This document shows, in pieces, positions 23,446-33,314 of a stretch of 43,712 bases of DNA. The first letter of the stretch is position 1. The number at the start of each line of letters is the position of its first letter. This stretch comes from Halocafeteria seosinensis (taxonomy: Eukaryota): assembly GCA_001687465.1 (NCBI GenBank), contig LVLI01000918.1, positions 1 to 43,712 on the forward strand, given 5' to 3'. Under the pieces are notes generated by a model. It saw nothing but the letters and a program-made list of their open reading frames with translations. It searched no databases and was not told the origin of the DNA. The position numbers were made by a program, and so were the translations under genes.

Positions 23446-24892
23446 TACTGGGTAGGTTCAGGAAAATCCAAAAGGAGGCAATTTATGGCATGAATCATCG
23501 CGGCGACTGTCTTCAAGCCGTTGGATGCGCAGTTTACCCAGGACCGTCACTGACAGCATGACCATACTGCGTAATAGCAAGTCTCATTGACTCCCACATA
23601 TTTGATAGTTCCATCTGCTATTGCTTCCGTCGACCACAGCTCCAGAGCCATGACATTGATGGTACAGTGGCGACTGCCACTGACTCGAAAGATTACTGTA
23701 TGAGGCTCTTTCTCAGTATTTTCCTGTCTTTCTCATGCATTTTCCCGCATGGCAGGATCTGAGATTTGATGCTCTGGGGCATTCTTTCCTATGGTACCAG
23801 AACCTACGGTCTGACAATTGCGTTGTTGTGGGTACAAGCACTGGCACTCCCTGGTACTTGACGCTGGAAGGGTTGGCCAAAACTAGCGACACTGTGCCAA
23901 CACATATGGAATGCCCGGACTGACACTATCAAGGTAAAATGGAGTTCGGCTTAATCAGACCGAACTGCAATACATGCACTCTCTTTTTCCGTTGTTCAAA
24001 TGGGAGAGGAAGCCTTGGCTACTTCAGTGCTTGCTAAGTGCTATTACATACTTCCGCCGGATTCTCAGAATCTCAGATTCTTGCTGGTGTTTTTCGCATG
24101 CCTAAAATGCTTCTGAAACCATCAAGATGACTAGTGCGACGCCTGTTCGAATGCATGTAGCCTGTGAAATAGGTACAGTGTTGGTGTTCGTCGCCAAACT
24201 GTCCACGTTTTTGTTCAGGTGCTTTACAGAACAAGACGTGTTTGATGACAGCAAGCAAGAACCTCCAAGGGAAAGTACCTTACAGTATTATGCTTGCCCA
24301 GGATCCTACAGGACCTACGTATACGTTCTCGACGCTACGTATGAGTATGGACACTATGGGCCTTCGTTCTTAGCAGCGAACATGGCTGATACTCTTGAAT
24401 ATGTTTCTGTCGTTCTGATAGTAAAAGTGGATGCATTTGCCGGCTGCAATCTTCGGAAAGATGTCCAAACTGGTGTGCTTACATTGTGACGGGACGCACT
24501 GGAGCAGTACTGCATCAGTATCAGTATGCATACCGTCGCTGAGTGTTTGCACGCAGGATGTAGTTCTTTATGTGTGTGTGCTTTGTGTAGCAGGCTATCC
24601 CGGCTCTGTGCTTCAGGTAATGAGGGGTGTTTGGTCTCTGATCTCCAGCAGAGTATGGTGCGTTTCCTCTATACGGAAAACGGTCTCGCCGCAGACCCCG
24701 GCAGTAGTACTGTACTGCCAATGCACTCGCAATGCGCTTTCTTGTGTTCTCCTTTTCTCGCGCATCTCTTACCGGAGCTCCCAAATGAACACAACGTTTG
24801 GCTAGCAGACTATTTTGGCTATAGATGTACATAAATGCAGTAAATGAAACTTGCTCCCCTATTCAACCACTGACAATCAGCCACGAAAACTT

Positions 24893-25344
24893 GCCGAATC
24901 TTGAAGTGTCAGCATCCCAGGACGGGCGGGAATATGGATGGAAGTGCATAGCGGCTGGTTTGGTTTGTTGAATCTTCGGGTAACCATAGTTGTGATGGGA
25001 TGATTCTCGAGTTTACTCAGCCTTTGCTTGAGGTGTGTATCAGAGTGGCTCTCGTGGGGAGGCTCCCCGTGTTGTGAGGAAGCGTGACGCCAAACCAGCG
25101 GGTCGAAAACCCAGGCGAGGAAAACGAATACACTCCAGTGGCGGCCCTTCCCACCACCACGGGCAGGTAGGTAATAAAACACTTTCCGTCCGAGAGACTG
25201 CGTCCAGTAGTGCTTCTGCCTCTCGTCGTATGGGGGGGAACTTGGGCTGTGTGGTGGCAAAGAGCGATAACGTCCTTCAGTAGCCTTTTTCTCCCACATA
25301 CCGTTATGCTCGCGGCGGGACTTCGGGGAAGCCGAATCTTGAAG
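24893..25344 (+). promoter_or_regulatory. Cluster of three YGAATCTT boxes upstream of SPX
   Basis: CGAATCTT 24895-24902, TGAATCTT 24969-24976, CGAATCTT 25333-25340. The first and third sit in an exact 14-bp direct repeat GCCGAATCTTGAAG (24893-24906, 25331-25344). Confidence 0.55.
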
Positions 25345-25964
25345 AGCCGGCGAATGTCGGTTGCCCGAGTTAATCCCTCGTTACAACCCACCCGGGTGAA
25401 TGCCTGCGGCATCGAGGGGCAAACAAAGGTACAAGAGGAATGTGCGCAAAAGAGCGTCTCTATCGAACAAGGGACGAAGAGGTGGAGCTGACACTCTCGG
25501 CAGTGCACTTGGCGGGGAGCTGGAAGGCTCCGCAGCTTTGTTTTGACAGTTTGTCCTACTTCCACCTGATCTATACTGCGCTCTTCTTGCCGCTTGTTGT
25601 GCTTTGTCTCGGATGAGAAGGGTCGTCTCGCGCGTGATGGCAACAGAAAAGTACCATGGGAGAGATCCGTGGTCACCCGATCCCCGCCGTTCCGTACTGC
25701 AGGTGCAGTTCGGGGGAAAAATGCGAAAAACACTCACAAGGGGGAGTATGACAGGGGAGCCTTAGCGCGTGTGTTCTTCTTGCGCAGTGTCCAGGAGGTG
25801 TGCCTTGAGCGCGAAGTTGGGCGGGGATTGTAAGCGAGCGAAAACAAAGACCAGTGCTCCATGACTCCTTGTAGTATATGGCTCAGAATGACGCATGCTC
25901 ATGACTGTGTCTGTCGATACGCAGAGCATTGCATTACTTTGATACAGTCCTGTGAACAGCCAGC

Positions 25965-27222
25965 ATGAAGTTTGGCAAGGTGCTTTACCGGTGTCGGGAT
26001 CTCTCCCACCCGGAATGGAGTGAAAAATGGATCAATTACAAGCAATTAAAGAAGATCCTAAAAGTTATACAAAAAGACAGTACTCCGTCAGAAACCGCGG
26101 CGGCGAGCAATGGGTCTCTTGCGGAGGAGCTTGGTAAGTTGCGGTTTGGGCGTGTTGACTGAGGGCACTTGCGAGATCGACGGGTGGTTTGGTGCGAATG
26201 CAGCATCCTCTCCTTTGGAGGTCGAGTTCTTCACGCATCTACAGGAGCAGCTCCAGAAAATTTCGGAGTTCTATGATTCAATTGAGTATGGAATGTGCAC
26301 ACAGTACCACCACTTGATAGAGTCATTCTCTCAGCAATATGGGGTAAGTTTCTCTCCCCCGAAGGCAGCTTCCACTTGTTCAAGCGACTCAGTGTTCTTC
26401 GTCTTAGCCCACAGGGATTGGATGCGAGCAATATATTGAGGAAACTCTCAGAAACAGATGCGCTGCAACTACTTGATAACATTGCCAAGTTTTACACTGA
26501 CCTCTTGCTGTTGGAAAACTTTGCGGTTATGAACTACTGCGGGTTCGGCAAGATATTGAAGAAGCATGATAAGGTTACAGGGTAAGTTATAGGTTCCATT
26601 GACCCACCACAATTTGCTTTACCTATATATGTTTTCTATGTGACAGATTCGAGACGAAGTCTTCCTTCATGCAGCGGGTGGTAAACCAGCAAGAGTTTGC
26701 CCGCCACGAACGGCTGCTTAAAATGCTTCAACGAACAGAGCATGCGTATAAGCGCTTGCTTTATGTAATCCCTCATGAAATGTAAGTATGCTTTGTGGCA
26801 TGTTGCCCTATCTTCCCTCCTTATGAACTCCGTTGCTCTTTCGATTGTACAGGCGCCATTCTTTAATGGGTTCCGACAGCGCGCTTTCCACGTCCGTCTG
26901 TAATGTAACAGCGTGCACGGAACAACATCGCTACAGCCTCGGGGAAGCAACATGCAACTGTGCTATGCACTGTCACAGCACGACTCCGACCACTGGTGCT
27001 TCAACTCAGCATCACTTCAGTGTCGCCGGGTACCCATCGTTATCTGCCTTCTCCCCTGCGCAGCAGTTACAGCAAGCAGTTTATGCGCAAAACAACGATC
27101 AAAATGCCTATGGGAAATATCCTTACGTCTCGTATGCAAGCCAACAAGGAGGCGGTGTTTGGCTAGATGAATTTGATCGGCAAGCAGCAGCGGCAATAGC
27201 CTCCGTCCGGCGGAATCGCTAA
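25965..27222 (+). CDS. Stand-alone SPX-domain protein (inositol pyrophosphate/phosphate sensor), 5 exons
   Basis: MKFGKVL..PEWSEKWINYKQLKKILK (Y/K/K phosphate-binding cluster); EFFTHLQEQLQKISEFY; LLLLENFAVMNYCGFGKILKKHDKVTG (lysine surface cluster); FMQRVVNQQEF. No EXS, MFS, RING or VTC domain follows. Confidence 0.93.
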
Positions 27223-27749
27223 AAATTTTATGACCGCCTTCAAGGGAAAAGCTTCCTATTATTGCTGACAACGATCTGGAGGTTGAGCAAAGGTGTCAGG
27301 CTTCTGCGTTTTATGGATATGGAAATTGTACAGTGTTCTTTGTGTTTCTGGCTAGCTATCGGATTCGAAAAGGATGTTTCCTTACCATACATATAAATAT
27401 ACTGTATGCATACGTAAGTAGATTTATATCCCTATGTTTTGTAAATATAGTGATCCACAAGGAGTTTTTGTACACTTTTAGTGGTGTTTTCTGTTCTGAT
27501 GTCCGTCTGAAATTTGGCTTGACAACATTCGTGCACCATACTCCTAGCGATAGACTTCACCATTTTCTACACTCTTTGTGCCAAACATTCTAAACATCTG
27601 TTTGAGAAGAACCGGGGAAATTGATGAATCGCGCTAAAGCAACATTCTTGAATTAACTACGTCCAGAGCACATGATGCCGCTTGGTTCTCAGAGTCCTCC
27701 GCCACACAACTCAGTGAATGATGAGGTTGACAGCAGGCCGCTACCGGAC

Positions 27750-27908
27750 CTCTTAGCACAGCAAACTGGGATAACTGCAGCAAGAGTCTCCAGAGTGTTA
27801 GAGCTTGCGCTGAGTCAGTATGTTTGCGATCTTTGGGAAACGTTGAGTTGTGGCTTGCTGCATGCTAACAAGCAACTTGGCTCATCGGTGGTTGCAACTT
27901 GTGTTGCC
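27750..27908 (+). mobile_element. Solo fragment of the same REL-type retrotransposon 3' region, frameshifted
   Basis: Near-identical to 195-301 with one extra A. Upstream it reads LAQQTGITAARVSRVLELALSQYVCDLWETLSCGLLHAN. Confidence 0.65.
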
Positions 27909-27961
27909 TGGGTCTGTCGACTCGAAGCGGTTGACGTAAAAACAACCGACAAGAATTGAAC

Positions 27962-28997
27962 TCATTCTTTGACACCCACAAATGGACTCTTCCATTGCCA
28001 CCATTGATACTCGAAGGCAGAACGGCTCCCCGGTTCGTACGCGGCCTCTACGTTTTCGTCTTTTATCGATATAGAAAGTGTATTCCGTTGTTTACGCTTT
28101 CCAACTGGCTTTCTTACCCGAAATGACCGTTTCCAAGTGAAGCCTTCAGGAGCATTCTGAGGGATAGACAGTTCAGAGGTCATGCAGCCGGACTTTCAAT
28201 TGGCACAATCATTATCTACTCACATTTTGCATATAAACAAGTATCCAACATTTCGTTGGGCGAGGAGGTGCATCGAACCAATCATGCTCTTCTGAAGGTT
28301 GCAACAACATCCGCGACAACTTCTTCTCCACAGCCCGCTCTCGGCTTGCTGGGGTGTCTTCATTCAAATATGGACACTTCGTGCAGAAATTGAGATCGTA
28401 GATTTCTCGCGGATTCATGGGATTAGGTCCCAAAATGAAAACAACTGTGTTTCCAAGAAAATACCCAATGACATTGGTTTTCATTCTCTGTGCAGGGGCT
28501 TGCTGCTTACCATGTGCAACGTCATTTTCGAAAAGAGCCGGCAACTGCTGAACGACGCTCTGATAGCTTCTCATCAACTGAATCTTCTTCCTGTACTGCG
28601 GTGTCTTCCGATCCTCTTCGACAGATTTCAAGCTACTTTGTCGTAACAACCTGCGTTTCACGCGTGTGCATGTATCCGATGCCATCACAGGACGTTGTGA
28701 TCACACCACCTACATGGGGCATTGGCTCCGTGCATACAGTAAATGCGACAAAAACGACGCAGTGATAAGAGCCCGCAAATCCCCTCCTAGGGCGATTTTA
28801 AAAGGAATTACCAGCTCTGCATCGTAGACGTAGAGTAGTGTCCTCAACAACGTGATTCCCGTAATTACCATAAGTTTGTCGAACTTACCATGTGGGAGCA
28901 AAGGTTGTCTCTCCTCCTTCTCTTCATTCTTGTGTACTTCTTCGTCGTCGTCTTCTCCTGGCGTCAGGCCAGCTTCTTCCTCGCCTATGGATGCCAT
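27962..28997 (-). CDS. MAD2L1BP: p31comet / MAD2L1-binding protein (HORMA-like), spliced
   Basis: FLSHLLYARSQCPM (cf. LLKHIMYQRQQLPL), VFILGPNPMNPREIYDLNF (cf. VLILLGGNALSPKEFYELDL), RPTKCWILV, and C-terminal EYQWWQWKSPFVGVKE* (cf. DYIWFQAPVTFKGFRE*). Confidence 0.85.
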
Positions 28998-29344
28998 CGT
29001 ACTTCGCGCGACTGAAACACCTCTATCATCTTAAAAGATCCTCCTTGTCGGTCGCGCACAAGGCCGTTTGGTTCCCTCTCACCTCTCTCCCGCAGGCAGC
29101 AGTGGCGTCCGAGGTATCAACACTTGCGGACAAGATGGTGTAACGTTTTATTGTCGAAACTATCCCTTTCCAAGCACTAGAAAGGGCGCAAACTACTTAT
29201 TTTGGTGCCAACAGGTGAGCTTCACAACAGAGCGTGATAGAAACTTGAAGTAACACAGTGCGGCCTTGCCAGAGGCAGAAGAATTACTAAGGTGCGGTAA
29301 ATTAAGCAACAAACAGGGTCTGTGACTAAACCATTTGTTTCCTA

Positions 29345-31480
29345 TTATTTGCTCATCACACTATTTAGAGACTGCTGTAAATTGTAAGCAGGGTACAGAA
29401 TATTGGGAAACTTCTGACTGACCACAACAAAATCGTCAAACGTAATTCTTCCCTTCCCTTCCTTGTCCCCTTGAGCCATTATGGTATCAGCTTTCCGTTG
29501 AACTTCATCTTCGCTGCTCGCAAGATGGTTTGCCATGAGGATTTTAATAAGCTGGTCTTTGTTAATACTGTTTTTGTTCTCTTCATCGTAAATCGCGAAT
29601 GCAAAGCGGAGTCGGTCGTCCTTGGAGCCACCTGTAAAGTTCGAGAGTCCTACCATAAATTCTTTGACGTCAATTCTTCCTGAGGCATCCTTATCGAAAA
29701 GTTTGAAAAGACGGTCCGCCAACGGTCCGGGCTCAATTTGGAGTATTTCGCAAAATTCGCTGTATTCTATTAGTCCCTCCCCAGACTTGTCACTTTGCTG
29801 GAATCGAGAGTAAGCTTTCTTAATGCTATCCGGATCTAAACGATTCTGCTTTGCGAACTCATCAAGAGCATTCTGACGAGCATTTCTTTTCTGAATTTTC
29901 GGTGCTGTTCCCGTTACGGGTCTGGGGGCATTGGAATTGGCAGAAGGGACTCTCTGGACGGGAGACGGAGCTCCGCTGCCGCCTGGTTGTTTTCCACCCG
30001 TTATCATCGCGTAGAATTCATCGTAGCTAACTTGGCCATCTCCTGCTTTATCCGTTATGCGAATCATTTCATCGATTTCCGCGTCAGAAGGATTCTCTCC
30101 AATGTTGATCAAGATGTGACGAATTTCTGCAGGGCCTACATAGTTATTATTGTCTAAGTCAAATGAGACAAACGCTTCCCTGATCTCCTCGTCGGTGAAC
30201 CTCTCGTTAGGATCTCGTGGTAAATTTGATTGGTTACTATTCGGACGGTTTTGTTGCTGACCAGGCTTCTCAAATACAGCGTGGATCTTTATGGCTCCTA
30301 CCGCTTTGTCATTGTCATTCTTGAGTGAAACGTCTCCCTCAAATTGTTGTTGTGTGATCCATGGTAGGTACGAGATGTTACCGCTGCCGATTAACACGTC
30401 TTTTCCAGAATTTTCATCTTTCTTGAATGCTTTGAAATTGATGGACGTGTTTTGAGCCTGTGAGTCGATTTTCCAAGTAAATTTATCTCCAAAGACAGCA
30501 TTCTCCGGATTTTTCGATACAACTGCCGTAGACTGTTCCTCATTGTACAGCCGCGCTGTTACGTAAACAGAGGAATTCTTGGAACCTATCGTAAGATTCT
30601 TTCCTTGTAAAACGCGAAGCACCAGAGTTCCAAACTTTTTGGAATCTGCATTTCTAAGAGGAGGTCCCGCTGGAGGTGCTCCTCTTGGTGGCCCTCTCCC
30701 ACTTAGCAAACCGGGTGGCAAACCTCTACCAGGTTGGCCTCCCGGTACAACTCCTGGGGGTGGTCCTCTAGGTGGGCCTTGTGGTGGACCACGAGGGGCT
30801 GCGCAGAGGGAAAGCTGTGATTTTGCATATGCAGAATGAATTTCTTTGCTACTTACGAGGGTTTCCGTTTCCCATATTTGGCGAAGATTGGGGACCGCCG
30901 GCTGCCCTGTTTGGCGGAGGACCTCGTGGAGGCATTCCCGATCCTGTGGCCACAAGAAATACTTACTGGTTGAAGACACGTTTATTGCAGTTCACCTAAC
31001 AAGCAGCATGAAATGCATACCAGTTCTTGGTGGCGGGCCTCGAGGTGGCATGCCTGTCAACGGAAAGTTGAGATTGATTGTTGTGATATACGGTTATGAA
31101 CTTGCAATGTCGACCTACCGCCTGCTCCTGCGGACTGTGGCCCTCCTGGTGGGCCTCTAGGTGGCCCTCTCCCTGGAGGCGGACCATTTCCTCGAGGAGG
31201 TCCTGCTGGAAGTCCTCTTGCAGGTGGACCTCGTCCCGGACCCGCAGCCGCTGAGCTATCTGTCTCTGTTTCCGAAGAAGAGAACACTCCTACACCAGGG
31301 GCGTCCTGTGGTGGAGCTGTAGGTCGACCGGCCCCGGGAGGGTCTCGTGGCGGTTGCGATGGTGGCTGCTTCTCATCACTTGAAGAGCCATCAGGGACGG
31401 CTGTGAGCAGCATTAAAATCTGTAAGAAAACTGTAGAGTCGAGGAAAAGAGCAACATGGCGTACCTCCAGGGAGCGACAT
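29345..31480 (-). CDS. Pro/Gly-rich + C2 + multi-EF-hand calcium-binding protein (calmodulin-like lobe plus calcineurin-B-like module)
   Basis: Spliced start MSLPG|AVPDG. RGPP repeats. C2: GTLVLRVLQGKNL..VYVTARL..FGDKFTW..VLIGSGNI. EF hands DLDNNNYVGPAE, DKAGDGQVSYDE, DKSGEGLIEYSE, DKDASGRIDVKE, DEENKNSINKDQ, DKEGKGRITFDD. Confidence 0.88.
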
Positions 31481-31991
31481 GTCTCAACTTGTACTCTAGT
31501 TCCCTAATATCTTCGAGCAGCTAAAAGACAACACCAGCGGTGTTACTAGTTACCCATTCTTCCGAATTCCAATTAAGACAATAGGACTAAACACAGATGT
31601 TCTGCCTCTATATCTAGGCTATCAGATGAGGCTGCAAGTTGAGCTGTTCACCAACGGAACATTTGCTGAAGATGTATGTGGCCACTTATGCACACTTTGT
31701 CACTCTCTTTTCTTTCCAGTACAAACGCATCGTCCAAAGCATTACTTCCCAGCACTCTGATCGGCAAACAACCCGAGGTATGGATTACTGGCACCGAGGC
31801 GCTGTGGCCACACTTCGTACTGAGCCGGTAGATGCGCTCATTCGTCGTTTGTGAAGCTGAGCCAGGAACTTCGTTGGTGGTATTCATACGACTTATCCCA
31901 GCGACATACACCGAATTTGTCATGCGAATGTATTTGCATTTGTTGTGCGTAGTCGTTGTGATTGAATGTAGTATCTGGGATGTCGTTGGAA

Positions 31992-32460
31992 ATGGCAGCA
32001 ACACAACAGAAAGAGGGATCCAATCAGAGGGCTTCCTCCGTTAAAGTTGACATATTAGGTATGTGGCGTCTCCTGTCCCTCTTCAGACGCAGCAAAACGT
32101 GGTGACGAAAGCGTTACCTTCATGCTCGTAATTTGTGGATGGTGCAGGTGTCCATCCGATTGGGATGTGGAGATGGGAGATGAACGACGATGCAGACGTG
32201 TGTGGCATATGTCGCATGCCTTATCACGCATGCTGTCCAGGAGCCAAGTTTCCCGGAGATGATTGCCCACCTGGTAAGCATATGATACGCTCTGCGAGTT
32301 ATGTTTGGAGTAGAGGTTTGGTTGAACGAATGCAAGTACAGTGTGGGGCAAATGTGGCCATGCGTTCCATGTCCAGTGTATAATGAAGTGGGTGAATTCT
32401 GAATCGCAACAGGAGGAACCCCAATGCCCAATGTGTCGTCAGACATGGGAGTTTAAGTGA
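31992..32460 (+). CDS. APC11: Anaphase-promoting complex subunit 11 (RING-H2), 3 exons
   Basis: Spliced: ..VKVDILGVHPIGMWRWEMNDDADVCGICRMPYHACCPGAKFPGDDCPPVWGKCGHAFHVQCIMKWV..QCPMCRQTWEFK*. Confidence 0.95.
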
Positions 32461-33314
32461 ACTGATTAGTTCAGGTTGCGAAGCTAACATTGTCGAGGAA
32501 GCCGTGACTGCTGCTGAAAGAGTAAGACTGCGGGGTGCGCTTACCCTGATGAGGCAGCTTGCGACGCGCATTTAAGGGATAGCCATTCAAATACACGCGT
32601 AGCCTGGAACTAAAGGATTGGAGCGTTGTGTTCCAGGTTCGCTATGTGCTGTTGGGTGTTCCCATAGCCCCGTTCATAGCTTGAGTAGGAAAAGTTCGCG
32701 AGGCAGCGAAAAAGCGATACCCGGTACTGCGAAGCGTGCTTTAATACAAAGGGTGGTTGGAATAAGAGAAGGGGGAATAACAATAACCATGATTCACCCA
32801 TGAAACTCAGCTATTGATAACCATTTGCGGGGGAGTTATAACATGGATGGCGTTGGTACATACGAGGTCGTCCTAAATGTTTCTACTTTACTTTAAACTC
32901 CAACAGGATATCGCATTGAGACAGTTACGGCTAATATTGGCCAGTAGCTTTAGCGTTAGCACACTTTGGACAAAAAAAAATCTATGCTGAATCCAAGCGC
33001 TACAAGTTGTGGTAATTCAAGAATGCACCGTTTCTTTTACTTTACACCCTTTTGCTCAATTTCGAACAGCATAGTTTCGCAGCATTATGAGTGAGGCTCC
33101 ACAGAGAGAGTAGTTTTCATCCAACTGTTTCAAAGTCTTTGGTTGTGGAAATTGTCGAACAAGACAATTTTTTCGTCTACTTGAAGTCGACAGTGGGACT
33201 TGAGAATTGAATAAGGAGGTATTTGGTTGATTACATGGCGTTTTCGTCCTTTATCTTGAACGTCCGAGAAAGGGCGGGTGATATCCTAGTTGTACTGCGT
33301 TTTTGGGTGGCAAA

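Noticed and set aside
25017..25733. 238-aa minus-strand ORF, and the 120-aa plus-strand ORF at 24127-24489, in the MYB-SPX spacer
   Set aside because: No recognisable domain and composition looks like translated non-coding DNA. Cannot be fully excluded without RNA data.
31967..31977. TGTAGTATCTG, the U2 snRNA branch-pairing sequence
   Set aside because: None of the flanking U2 sequence or Sm site is present, and it lies just upstream of the APC11 start.
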